DNA from: Verrucomicrobiia bacterium
GTDB lineage: Bacteria; Verrucomicrobiota; Verrucomicrobiia; Chthoniobacterales; CALDSX01
Direction of reading: 5' to 3'
Length of the DNA stretch: 51,382 bases
Assembly (NCBI GenBank): GCA_036804205.1
Contig: DAIRSW010000003.1
Coordinates: 1 to 51,382, forward strand
The position numbers and the translations under genes are program-made. Below, one piece after another: positions 28,156-37,762 of this stretch (the first letter of the stretch is position 1; each line of letters opens with the position of its first letter). The notes beneath the pieces were generated by a model. That model had not been told where the DNA came from. It searched no databases and was given only the letters and a program-made list of their open reading frames with translations.

Positions 28156-28770
28156 TTAGTCGCGCTCTTCGCGGTCGGAACGATGGCCACCACCGCCACC
28201 ACGGCTTGGTCGATTGTCATCGCGGTCTGAACGATTGTCTTCTCGCGCTCCGCTGACAACGAGCTTGCGTCCCAGAAACTCTTTATCATGGAGTTCTTCG
28301 ACGGCACGCTGCGCTTCATCAATGTTGTCCATTTGAACGAAGGCAAATCCTTTGGAACGGTGGGTGTCTCGGAAGCTTACCACTTCTGCGTTTTGCACTT
28401 TGCCGACTCCATTGAAAAGTTCAAAGAGATCACTCTCGGTGGCTTCGTAGGATAGATTGCCGACATAAAGACGGGGGCTGATCACCGGTTCAACGACCGG
28501 TGGAGAAGAAGGTCGGCTGCTGCGACGTTCTTTGCTTGGTGGAGCGCCGGAGCGGCGATTATCTGATTGGTGTGGTCGTGGTTTGGGCATGGATTTATTA
28601 GAGAAAAGTCCTAGAAACCATCCCCAAAGGCCTTTGCTCTTTGGGGGCGATTTTCGAGAACGACTTTTGCCAGAGGGTTTGTAGGAATCTGAGGAATGGT
28701 GGCGTGGCCCGCCGCGTCCGCGACTTTTGGGGCGACGTCCTCGATTGGTCGAGGTGTTTGGGTAACTCAT
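28156..28770 (-). CDS. RRM-domain RNA-binding protein with long basic low-complexity N-terminal extension
   Basis: RNP-2 (LYVGNL) and RNP-1 (KGFAFVQM) motifs with a Gly/Arg-rich tail. I chose the ATG at 28770 (MSYPNTS...); the tracked ORF extends to 28917. Confidence 0.85.
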   Translation of the reverse strand: MSYPNTSTNRGRRPKSRGRGGPRHHSSDSYKPSGKSRSRKSPPKSKGLWGWFLGLFSNKSMPKPRPHQSDNRRSGAPPSKERRSSRPSSPPVVEPVISPRLYVGNLSYEATESDLFELFNGVGKVQNAEVVSFRDTHRSKGFAFVQMDNIDEAQRAVEELHDKEFLGRKLVVSGAREDNRSDRDDNRPSRGGGGGHRSDREERD

Positions 28771-29530
28771 TGTGAAACAGGATACTGGTGTTGTAGATAT
28801 TAGTGCTGGTGCCGGCTCGCAAAGCAAGATTGGCGGCGTGATGGGTTCTTGAACTCTCAAAAGAAGAATCAGCTTGTGAGTTCGGGTTGGCTGTCGGTTC
28901 TCCGAAGTTGCGTACACTGCGGTGAACTGAGAGCCTGAGACGATGGTTGTCTCTCCAAGTGGTCAACCCAGATCCACTTGAACGCCCATCCCGAAAGTCC
29001 GAAATCCGTGCGTGAAGCGTTTTGGGCAGCCAGGAACGTGGCTCCAGAACAATTCGTTTTTCAGGAGTTCGCATACACGAAGCCCCCTGAAGCGACAAAT
29101 GAGATGTCTGGTTCGAAGCGAGCACGGGTTGTAACGGGTGGAGGGCAAATTGCATTAGGCTCAATACGTCAGTTCATTAGAAAAAAGAGAATCGTTCAGT
29201 CATCAATTTGAGCTGAGGCTGCGTGACATTAGAAATTTCACCAACACTAAGCTCAGAGGAATTTTGAACCTCTCTTGCTAGCTAACCTGAAGGCGGCAGT
29301 CCGAAGATTGCACCGCCACAGGACGTGACCTAAGAAAGATTGACGGCTAAACCGAACACAATTCGATGAATTAATAGAGCAGTTCCGGACAAGTCGCAAG
29401 CGAGGAGTTCAATGATCTCAAAATACTGATCGGGACAAAGCAAAACCTCAGCTTCCTGATACACTCCGAGTTTGTTCGATTTGTCGAAGAAAATATTAAA
29501 TTTTTTTACTCGACCTGACGTCTCAAACTC

Positions 29531-29992
29531 GTGAACATGATTTTTATGAATAGCCGTTTGACCCTTTGTGTCGTGGTCTTTGCCCTTGTCTCCTCGCATG
29601 CATTTGCCGGGGAAGAATACAAAAACCGATTCTCCTCCTCGGCTTATGTCACAGAAGCCGCGCTTGCCAAAGCTCCTGTGGCCTATTCCGGCGAGCACTC
29701 TGCTTACCCCCTGCCACCAGTGCTATGGCAAAGGGCAGGTCTGGCCAGCGACGAGGAGTTAGATCTTATCGCGGCTAACCTCATCGTGCCTCTTTTAAAA
29801 GAATCAACTCGGCCAATAGCTTCCTTTATGGTCGAGTTTGATGAAGATCCGAGTACGGTTGTGTTTACGGTTCTTTACACCGAAGGATTCTTTCAAAGCC
29901 AGCTGCTCAAGCGTACTCCTGAGCTGGGCGTTTCTGCTGAAGACTACCTATCCATTTTGGCGATGGAATACGGAGAAGGCTGCTCTCAATAA
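29531..29992 (+). CDS. hypothetical secreted protein
   Basis: 153 aa with a signal peptide (LTLCVVVFALVSSHAFAGE). No family recognised. Confidence 0.5.
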   Translation: MNMIFMNSRLTLCVVVFALVSSHAFAGEEYKNRFSSSAYVTEAALAKAPVAYSGEHSAYPLPPVLWQRAGLASDEELDLIAANLIVPLLKESTRPIASFMVEFDEDPSTVVFTVLYTEGFFQSQLLKRTPELGVSAEDYLSILAMEYGEGCSQ

Positions 29993-30036
29993 GATTTTTT
30001 ATTAGACATCATCCCGAAACCGGGAAGCATGGGCAC

Positions 30037-30759
30037 ATGAGCTTCAAACCCATTATTGCCTTTCTCGCTGCGGCCTTGCCTTGCGGCCTTTTTGCCTCAA
30101 CCGCTTCAGCTCAAGACTTCGTCCTGGCTGAATGGGATTTTGGAGACCCCGTTCATTATCCGAGGCCGGATGATCAGCCCAAACCATCGTTCGGGGACGC
30201 CACAGCCAGCGCTAAAGTCATTGGCATGCAGCCTTCGACGGACTTTGAAGAGGACACTGATGGCTTGCGAGCCTGGAGGGTTCGCGGCGAAAATGGATGG
30301 GATGAGCATGCCGCTCCGGGACAGCAAGGGATTCAGGTGATGGTCGATACCAGCGCGGCAGAGGGGGCGCTTGTTCTTGAGATGAGCTGGTGGGCCACAA
30401 AAAATGCGGTCAAGCACGGACAGCTTTGGCTTACTGTTGATGGAGGAAAGCAATGGACTCTTTTTGGAGAACCCCAGGTGGCCGGAGGCGTGGATCACTT
30501 TTCCGATGGTTCAGAGTCCTGGTATGAGTTGCGATGGCAATTTCAAGATTTACCCGAAGCGTCAGGCAACCCTGAGTTTGGATTTCGCTTTGTCTCCGCT
30601 TACGCCCCCGTGGAGTTTGTTGACAGTCAAGGCCATTCGGCGGAGGCGAACAGCGCATACATGAAAGCTCGATACGAACAGCAAGACGACATAACCCCCT
30701 ATCATGGGGAGGACGGCAACTGGCGAATTCAGCGCATTCGCTTAAGCAGTCCTCGTTGA
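30037..30759 (+). CDS. hypothetical secreted protein
   Basis: 240 aa with a signal peptide (IIAFLAAALPCGLFASTASAQ). Composition is protein-like and Trp-rich. No family recognised. Confidence 0.6.
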   Translation: MSFKPIIAFLAAALPCGLFASTASAQDFVLAEWDFGDPVHYPRPDDQPKPSFGDATASAKVIGMQPSTDFEEDTDGLRAWRVRGENGWDEHAAPGQQGIQVMVDTSAAEGALVLEMSWWATKNAVKHGQLWLTVDGGKQWTLFGEPQVAGGVDHFSDGSESWYELRWQFQDLPEASGNPEFGFRFVSAYAPVEFVDSQGHSAEANSAYMKARYEQQDDITPYHGEDGNWRIQRIRLSSPR

Positions 30760-30872
30760 GCGCTAGACAAAAAAAGTGCCACCAAAAAAGTCCCACCCTA
30801 AGCCACATGAGCACGTAATCAGATATGCCCAGCAGATACGTCCATATGTAGCCATATCTAGGGGTGGAAAAA

Positions 30873-30954
30873 TGCCCGAGGAGGGACTCGAACCCACACT
30901 CCTTGCAGAACCAGATCCTAAATCTGGCGCGTCTACCAATTTCGCCACCCGGGC
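30873..30954 (-). tRNA. tRNA-Leu (anticodon TAG)
   Basis: GCCCGGGTGGCGAAATTGGTAGACGCGCCAGATTTAGGATCTGGTTCTGCAAGGAGTGTGGGTTCGAGTCCCTCCTCGGGCA is a type II tRNA with a long variable arm and anticodon loop TTTAGGA. There is one U-U mismatch in the T stem. CCA is not encoded. Confidence 0.85.
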
Positions 30955-31076
30955 AGGTGCTGAGCTAAAGAGTATTCCAGAACTCAACCCGACTTGCAAG
31001 AGCAGATCGTGATTCCTTAAAAAGTCTTGGGAGGAGCGCCGAATCTAGGAGGTAACAAGTCGGCAGGCCGGTAACC

Positions 31077-31352
31077 TTATTCGATGCGGGTTTGGGTGAT
31101 ATCGGTCAGTTGCAGGTTTCCCGTATTCGCACCGAGATTCACAAAGGCGAAACGCCTGTTACTTACAGTTGCTTCAACCATTAGCTGCACCTCATGTTGC
31201 ACCCAGTTCTGGTCGGCTACTAGGTCGAAACGTCCGGCAAGCGGTGTATGAGGGTCCATTAAGGCGACTCCGAATACTCGATAAGGCTCGGCTTTTGTCC
31301 AGAAAGATAGATCCTCTGGGATGCGAACGCCCGGAGCATCAAGCCAACCCAT
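31077..31352 (-). CDS. hypothetical small protein
   Basis: 91-aa ORF with plausible composition and no recognisable motif. Confidence 0.35.
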   Translation of the reverse strand: MGWLDAPGVRIPEDLSFWTKAEPYRVFGVALMDPHTPLAGRFDLVADQNWVQHEVQLMVEATVSNRRFAFVNLGANTGNLQLTDITQTRIE

Positions 31353-31526
31353 AGTGCGCTCCAGATGACCGACCGCGTAAGAATGGATGCCACTTTTGAA
31401 ATGTGTCCTGACTTAGATCATTCAGATAAAGCAACCGACCCTGATTCAAGCCACGCTGCGATACCACTCCTCCTACTGATTCTTAAGCTCTGGCTCAAGA
31501 AGATTTCACATGAATGACACCATGGT

Positions 31527-32372
31527 CTACGGATCGAGACGACTCAAATTTTGGATTTCCTCCTGCAACTGTCGATGCGCGGTGAGGTAGCTATTAAGGA
31601 GGGCTGGCAACTGCGGGTCAGGGCTTTCTTGCGCCTGAGTGTAGAGAATGTTTAGGCGTCGGTGCGCCAATTTCAGGTCGTACAATCTGGCGGTAATCAA
31701 AAAGGATCTTTCGTTAAAATCACCGCCGGCTTCGTCTGGTTCATAGGTGGGTGGCGGAGGAATATCCACCCAGGTTAAAGTGCCAACTTCGTCCTCGGAT
31801 GAACCTAAGTTCGCCAGAAGTTCATCCACTTTTTGCGCGGAAAAAGCCTTGATGTCGTCCGCACGACTCTCAATCCATTGTGGCAGTGGGATCAAAGTGA
31901 CCCACAGCCACAGGCATAAAAACCCGGCTCGGATAGAACCCGCTACCAGGCGTCGAGCTTCCATGTTGGGCGTGTCGGTGGCCTCAATACTGCGAGCCAA
32001 GGTGAAACCGGTGATGACAAAAACGATTCCGAAAAACACGTAGCCAAGCAGCGACAAGGCGCCGTCTCCAACAACCATTTGTCCAACCGCGTAGGCCACG
32101 ATGCCTAGGACGATACTGAGCAAAAAGCTCGTAAAGCTATCCCACGAGCTCATTTGCAACCCGCCCGTGCCTAGCCGGAAGGTAAGATACTGCACCAAAA
32201 GCACGCTGCCGAGCAGCATGCCAATCAATCCAAAACCCAAAACAACATAGGTTCCAGCAACCTCAAAGGACCCCAAAAAATCATCCAATTCGGAGAAATC
32301 GGGCATGGCCTGAGCAAGGAAAGTAAAGCAAGCCATAGGTTTCATCGTTTTCGGATCTTCTGGCTTGAACAA
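31527..32372 (-). CDS. hypothetical membrane protein
   Basis: Four to five hydrophobic helices followed by a ~110-aa soluble C-terminal region. No family recognised, and the start is uncertain. Confidence 0.55.
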   Translation of the reverse strand: MFKPEDPKTMKPMACFTFLAQAMPDFSELDDFLGSFEVAGTYVVLGFGLIGMLLGSVLLVQYLTFRLGTGGLQMSSWDSFTSFLLSIVLGIVAYAVGQMVVGDGALSLLGYVFFGIVFVITGFTLARSIEATDTPNMEARRLVAGSIRAGFLCLWLWVTLIPLPQWIESRADDIKAFSAQKVDELLANLGSSEDEVGTLTWVDIPPPPTYEPDEAGGDFNERSFLITARLYDLKLAHRRLNILYTQAQESPDPQLPALLNSYLTAHRQLQEEIQNLSRLDP

Positions 32373-32403
32373 ACTAAAGAAAGCCAGGCACAGGATAGAG
32401 AGA

Positions 32404-32479
32404 TGGCGTCCCCGGCTGGGCTCGAACCAGCAGTCTACGGTTTAGAAGACCGTTGCTTTATCCATTAAGCTACAGGGAC
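32404..32479 (-). tRNA. tRNA-Arg (anticodon TCT)
   Basis: GTCCCTGTAGCTTAATGGATAAAGCAACGGTCTTCTAAACCGTAGACTGCTGGTTCGAGCCCAGCCGGGGACGCCA folds cleanly. The anticodon loop is CTTCTAA and the 3' CCA is encoded. Confidence 0.92.
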
Positions 32480-32652
32480 TTTTCGCAAGCAAATATCTGC
32501 CACAAGACCGGGTAAGGTCAACCACCAATCCCATTGATTCAGCATCCGACCTACGCCGGCATAACCAGTCCAGCGGAGGCTTGATTCCCCAGATATATCC
32601 TTCAGCCCTTACTTGACGAAAAGCCAGTCCAGGGTTGAAGTGATGCATAAGC

Positions 32653-33594
32653 ATGGCCGTCATCGAAGTTGAACAACTTACCAAAAAATACCCTGGCACG
32701 ACTGCGATCAAAGACCTTTCTTTTGAAGTCCATCAAGGAGAAGTGGTAGGATTTTTGGGCGCCAACGGGGCAGGCAAGACCACAACGATGCGGATCCTGA
32801 GTGGGTTTATGCCGCCCAGCTCCGGCACAGCGAGAGTGGCCGGATACGATGTTTTTTTAAACAGCAAAGAAGCGCGCTCCCGAGTGGGTTACATGCCAGA
32901 GAATGTGCCTCTTTACTCTGAAATGCGCGTCGAAGAATACCTTCGTTACCGGGCTGCCTTAAAAGGAATCCCGGCCAGACGGATGAGCGAGCGTTTGCAA
33001 GATGTGGAAGAGCTTTGCAATCTGCAACAAGTCATGCGCAAACGAATCGGCGTTTTGTCTAAGGGCTATCGTCAAAGGGTAGGCCTGGCAGATGCCTTAA
33101 TCCATGAGCCCTCCCTATTGATTTTGGACGAGCCAACCATCGGGCTTGATCCTAACCAAATCCGGCAGGTGCGCGAACTCATCCGCAATCTTGGACGGCG
33201 ACACACCATTCTTCTGAGTACCCATATTCTTTCTGAAGTGGAAATGACTTGCTCTCGTGTGATCATCTTGCACCGCGGAAAAATTGAAGCATCCGGAACG
33301 CCAAGTCAGCTTCGTGAGAAATTTCAGGAGCAAGACATGGTGCGGATGGAGTTTCTTGCGAAAGACCCAACCGCTCGTTCTAAGGTGGAGGAACTTGATG
33401 AGGTTCTTTCCGTAGAATGGTCAAAAACCTTGGATGAATGGATCCGTGCCGATATCCGGGTTGAACCACAAAAAGATATTCGAGAGTCCCTATACCAGCT
33501 GGCCCGTACGGAAAATTGGAAACTCCGCGAACTCGCCGCCAGCGGAGCGACCCTCGAAGACGTGTTCGTCGAATTGACTCATAATGATGTTTAG
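32653..33594 (+). CDS. ABC transporter ATP-binding protein (ABC-2/GldA-like)
   Basis: GANGAGKTTT, LSKGYRQRVGLADAL, and LILDEPTIGLDP, with a ~90-aa C-terminal extension. Confidence 0.9.
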   Translation: MAVIEVEQLTKKYPGTTAIKDLSFEVHQGEVVGFLGANGAGKTTTMRILSGFMPPSSGTARVAGYDVFLNSKEARSRVGYMPENVPLYSEMRVEEYLRYRAALKGIPARRMSERLQDVEELCNLQQVMRKRIGVLSKGYRQRVGLADALIHEPSLLILDEPTIGLDPNQIRQVRELIRNLGRRHTILLSTHILSEVEMTCSRVIILHRGKIEASGTPSQLREKFQEQDMVRMEFLAKDPTARSKVEELDEVLSVEWSKTLDEWIRADIRVEPQKDIRESLYQLARTENWKLRELAASGATLEDVFVELTHNDV

Positions 33595-33606
33595 CCCCAT
33601 TGCTTC

Positions 33607-34359
33607 ATGAGAAAATTTTTTGTCCTCTACGACCGGGAACTCAAATCCTTTTTCCATTCACCCATCGCTTATGTGGTGATGTTTTGTTTTCTCTTTCTGT
33701 CCGGTCTCAGCTTCTGGTTTGCTGTGCAAGCCATGAACGGGAAAATGGTGACCGTGAGCTTGCTGCAAGTTTTCTTCCAGTTCGTGATGTGGTTCGGTTT
33801 TGTGCTAGTTTTCCCATTGTTAACCATGCGACTGTTTTCCGAGGAATTTAAGCTCGGCACAATTGAACCGTTGATGACCGCTCCGGTTAGTGACTGGGCC
33901 ATCGTGCTTTCGAAATACTTCGCGTCACTGACTTTTTACGCGGTGCTTTGGGCACCGACTGCATTATACTTTTGGATCTACCGCGAAGTGTCCGGGGAGG
34001 CAGTTGTCTCCAGTTCAGAAACCTACTGGGCAGCGTACCTCTTGGTGCTCTTGTTGGGCATGGCCTACCTTTCAATAGGTCTGTTGGCCTCTGCCCTGAG
34101 CGCAAATCAGGTGGTGGCTGCGGTGCTGGCCTTCTCGGTCATCAGTGGTGTGTTCTATCTCGGGCTACTAGGAGGGTTGGTTCTTGATGCCTCTCCCTAT
34201 GTGCGAGATCTTCTCGCATATGTTTCCGCCCCAGAACACATGAACATGTTTCTGCGTGGCATCATCGACACTCGAGCCATGGTTTATTACCTGACCATCA
34301 CCATCTTCGCTCTATTCTTGACCCGTGAAGTGCTTCAGTACCGGAGGTGGAAAGCATGA
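33607..34359 (+). CDS. ABC-2 type transporter permease (GldF-like)
   Basis: 250 aa with six hydrophobic segments and an N-terminal FFHSPIAYVV motif typical of this family. Confidence 0.75.
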   Translation: MRKFFVLYDRELKSFFHSPIAYVVMFCFLFLSGLSFWFAVQAMNGKMVTVSLLQVFFQFVMWFGFVLVFPLLTMRLFSEEFKLGTIEPLMTAPVSDWAIVLSKYFASLTFYAVLWAPTALYFWIYREVSGEAVVSSSETYWAAYLLVLLLGMAYLSIGLLASALSANQVVAAVLAFSVISGVFYLGLLGGLVLDASPYVRDLLAYVSAPEHMNMFLRGIIDTRAMVYYLTITIFALFLTREVLQYRRWKA

Positions 34360-35840
34360 GCGCCGATGCCTTCGAACCAGTCGTTCCTCCGAAAAAGGTC
34401 CGTCTACCCCGCGCCAGTCTGGCGTTTCATGTGACCGCCCAGTGCGTTCTTCTGGGGCTTATTCTCCTAGCCATCAACTATCTGAGCTTCCAATATTATA
34501 AACGCTGGGATGTTAGCAGGGATGCTCGGCAGCAGCTAACTCCGCAGACCAAAAATCTGCTCAATAGACTCGATCAAGAGGTTCGTTTTATCGTGCTTTT
34601 TCAACCGGGCAACATTCTTGCCGCAGAGATTGAAAATCTTATAAAAGAATACCAGCACGCTTCTGACCGGATGATCCGAGTAGAATATGTGTCTCCGTTT
34701 TTAAACCACTCACGAGCCTTAGAGCTACAAACTCGGTATGGGTTTCAACTGAATGAAGACGGAGTAGTAGTCGCCACTGATCAGGCGCATAAATTTATAC
34801 GGGCCCACCAAATGGCCGAGTTTGACACCAGTGGTTTGGCTATGGGGCAGCGTCCGCAGATCACCGCGTTCTTAGGAGAGAGCGCCATTTCTTCGGCAAT
34901 CCTTGAAGTCACCGAACAAGAGAAACCGGTTGTTTACTTTATTGAAGGTCACGGAGAGTCTGCCCCGCCACCCCAAGGAACTGCGGGAATGTTTTTCCAG
35001 CGCTTAGCTCAGCAAAACATCGAGCTGCGGCCACTCAACCTCTACGACGTCGATGCTATTCCTGCGGATGCCTCGGCGGTTCTCGTTGCCGGTCCTAAGT
35101 ATGACCTGACCGAGCGAGAGGTTACCCAACTGCAAGCATACTGGGCTCAAAATGGACGTATCTTCGCTCTCACCTGGACCGGGGGAGCAACGGTAAATTA
35201 CGATGCCTTTCTCAGCTGGATCGGACTTACGCCACGCGCTGATCAGCTTGTCGCGCTGCGGCAAGACGCCTTGACCCGGCGGGTTGTTCGAGACGTGATT
35301 GCGATTCCGGTTAATGATGAGCATCAGATAACCCGCCGCTTTCGTGGGCTCAACGTGCTGCTGCAAGGCCTAACCCAATCCATTCACCTTGCAGAAGCCC
35401 CGGCGGGTACAGAGATAGTTCCGCTTCTAGCTGCCGCAGAAGGATATTGGGGAGAAGTCGACTGGGAAATCGATCAAACCCCAAGCTTTGAAGAAGGTCG
35501 TGACTTTGGTCCACCCCTTGTGTTGGCCGCGTCTGTGGAACGCGGCGGAATGGGAGATGGCCGGCTTGAGATGCGCTCCGCCCGACTATTTCTGGTCGGC
35601 AACGCTTTTGCCATCGAAGACCAAGGAATTACCGATAGCTCTCTCGATTTTCTTGCCAGCGGCATGAATTGGCTTCTGAATCGTGGCGACCTCATTGGAA
35701 TCGGGCCAAAGCCTGCTCGAGTTTACGCTCCAAGACTCGATGAGGACCAGCTGCGGCGCATCGCAACCGTGTGTGTGGTGGCATTTCCCAGTGCGGCGGT
35801 TGTTCTCGGCCTTCTAATGTTCTGGATTCGTAGACGCTGA
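34356..35840 (+). CDS. GldG-family ABC-transport auxiliary protein
   Basis: TM helices at both the N- and C-termini flank a large ectodomain. Its position after the GldA/GldF-like genes fits the family. I chose the ATG at 34356 (ATGA overlap) over the tracked GTG at 34347. Confidence 0.65.
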   Translation: MSADAFEPVVPPKKVRLPRASLAFHVTAQCVLLGLILLAINYLSFQYYKRWDVSRDARQQLTPQTKNLLNRLDQEVRFIVLFQPGNILAAEIENLIKEYQHASDRMIRVEYVSPFLNHSRALELQTRYGFQLNEDGVVVATDQAHKFIRAHQMAEFDTSGLAMGQRPQITAFLGESAISSAILEVTEQEKPVVYFIEGHGESAPPPQGTAGMFFQRLAQQNIELRPLNLYDVDAIPADASAVLVAGPKYDLTEREVTQLQAYWAQNGRIFALTWTGGATVNYDAFLSWIGLTPRADQLVALRQDALTRRVVRDVIAIPVNDEHQITRRFRGLNVLLQGLTQSIHLAEAPAGTEIVPLLAAAEGYWGEVDWEIDQTPSFEEGRDFGPPLVLAASVERGGMGDGRLEMRSARLFLVGNAFAIEDQGITDSSLDFLASGMNWLLNRGDLIGIGPKPARVYAPRLDEDQLRRIATVCVVAFPSAAVVLGLLMFWIRRR

Positions 35841-35863
35841 TTCTAGCAACCGGGAGCGACTCA

Positions 35864-37708
35864 ATGAAAAAGCAACTGTCCACTTGGCTCCTTCTTATCG
35901 TTGCCATTGCCCTAGTGGTTGGCATCCCGATGCTAGAGCGGGCTCGGGAGAGTCCTCGCGCCAGCATGCTCCGTGGGGGCATTCTCTTTGAATGGGATCG
36001 GCGACAGGTGGAGGCACTTGAGCTAGTCCACGCGGGTCGCAGCACCCGTTTTGAAAGGCGGGATTGGCAATGGTGGCTCACCCAACCCTTTGAAGACCGC
36101 GCTGACCCGAACGCTTTGCATGAACTCTTTACCGCGCTAGAAACGCTCGCCGTTGAACAAGAATTTGCGCTGAAAAACCAAGATGCTTGGGCAGAATATG
36201 GACTCTCCCAGCCTCGGATTTCGATGAAAGTCGAACTCGACGATCGGGTGGAGGAATTGTGGGTCGGACGTGATAGCGCTTATCAGGCTCTGGTTTTTGC
36301 CCGACACTCTCCGAATGACAACGTCCTGGTGATTCAAGATAGTCTTCGTGCTCAAATTTTGCGCGAGCCAGAAAGCTTTCGAGATCGGCGAGTGCTTCCT
36401 TGGCGACCCGACGACATTATTCGAGTGCTCCTACGACGACCGGGTGGAGAAATTGAATTGGCAAGTCAACACCCCGGTCAATGGGATTTGGTGAAACCTC
36501 AGGGAGCACGAGCGAACACTCAGAAAGTTAATGCTTGGCTAGCGCAGGTAGCCGGAGCACAAGCGAGTGGTTTTGTGCACTCGGAGGCTCGGGGTGACAT
36601 GGCGCGTCTGGAGTTAGTCGATTCCCTTGGAACGATCAAGGTGCAAAACGAGTTTGGCCAGGAACTCGAGCTCGCATTCGCACGGCAGGGCCGTCCCACT
36701 TCGCCTAGTGACACTGAAGAATCGTCACCCGCAACGACTCTTCTCGTTTCCATGTCGGATCGGCAAGTTATCACCGAGGTTAGCTCCGGTCTGGCCAATC
36801 TTTTTGATTCCACTCCAAGAGACTTTCGTGATCCCGCCCTTGCCCGGATCGAGCCTGAGGCGGTTGATCGCATACATATTGCGTCGGACGGAAAGGAAGT
36901 GATTCTTCATCGACGCGATCTCGACAGTTGGGAGGTTCAAACGGAGGCTCAGACGTGGGAAACCGCCTCCCCAGGCCTTGTACAGATTCTCCTCTCTTTG
37001 GCATCACGTCGCGATGACACCGAGTTTATCGAAGATAGTCTTGTGAACGAAGCAGAATACGGGCTTCGTCAGTCTTCGCTCTCGATCACCTGGAAGAGTT
37101 TTCTTTCTGAACAAACCCTCAGCCACGAACCGGGCGAGAGCCCCCTGGCAACAGTGGTTTTTGGTTCAGATGCAAACGAACGAACCTATGCCAAGCTCGA
37201 AGGAGAGCCTTTCATCGTCTCGATCCCGTCCAAGTGGCTCCTCTGGCTTCCACGTGAGCCTCAGGGTTGGGTTGATGACGTTCTTCAACATTTCGATGCT
37301 CAAGCCATCACAAGCATCCGAGTGGAAGCTGATGGCCAGGTGGTCGCATTGGAGTTGGGTGAGGGCGAGCAATGGACCATCAAGGCCGGCCAAGGGGTTC
37401 TTGAGGAAACCGCGCTTACAAATTATCTAGGTGTATTAGCGCATTTAAATTATTGGCCGGGTGACGCTCCGGCGGATGCAGAAACACGATTCGATGAAGG
37501 CAGGCGTCTCCGGCTGATTGAATTTGAAGTGGCAGATGAAACACGAGGTGAGGAGGTGATTATAGTAACCTTGGAAGAATGGGTTGCGGAAGAAGATGGC
37601 AGTCACTGGTATGCCTTGACGGTTGGGGATGAGCTTCAACGGGATTTTTTCATGCTTCACCCTCTCCAAGTGCAAGTCTTGCAAGAGCCGCTGCTCACTA
37701 TTGAGTAG
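35864..37708 (+). CDS. DUF4340-like protein
   Basis: A single N-terminal TM helix and then a 590-aa repetitive beta-rich ectodomain. DUF4340 proteins canonically follow GldG-like genes. The call is made mainly from context. Confidence 0.5.
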   Translation: MKKQLSTWLLLIVAIALVVGIPMLERARESPRASMLRGGILFEWDRRQVEALELVHAGRSTRFERRDWQWWLTQPFEDRADPNALHELFTALETLAVEQEFALKNQDAWAEYGLSQPRISMKVELDDRVEELWVGRDSAYQALVFARHSPNDNVLVIQDSLRAQILREPESFRDRRVLPWRPDDIIRVLLRRPGGEIELASQHPGQWDLVKPQGARANTQKVNAWLAQVAGAQASGFVHSEARGDMARLELVDSLGTIKVQNEFGQELELAFARQGRPTSPSDTEESSPATTLLVSMSDRQVITEVSSGLANLFDSTPRDFRDPALARIEPEAVDRIHIASDGKEVILHRRDLDSWEVQTEAQTWETASPGLVQILLSLASRRDDTEFIEDSLVNEAEYGLRQSSLSITWKSFLSEQTLSHEPGESPLATVVFGSDANERTYAKLEGEPFIVSIPSKWLLWLPREPQGWVDDVLQHFDAQAITSIRVEADGQVVALELGEGEQWTIKAGQGVLEETALTNYLGVLAHLNYWPGDAPADAETRFDEGRRLRLIEFEVADETRGEEVIIVTLEEWVAEEDGSHWYALTVGDELQRDFFMLHPLQVQVLQEPLLTIE

Positions 37709-37762
37709 CCGGGTGCCCTCGTTTGCCAAAAGGGAGGCTCAGCTCGGTAGATGGCGGGTCAA

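Noticed and set aside
28598-29211. 188-aa minus-strand ORF and 77-aa plus-strand ORF with a TTG start
   Set aside because: The first overlaps the RRM gene out of frame and has a Ser/Arg/His-rich non-protein-like sequence. The second has a weak start and no motif. I treated both as non-coding.
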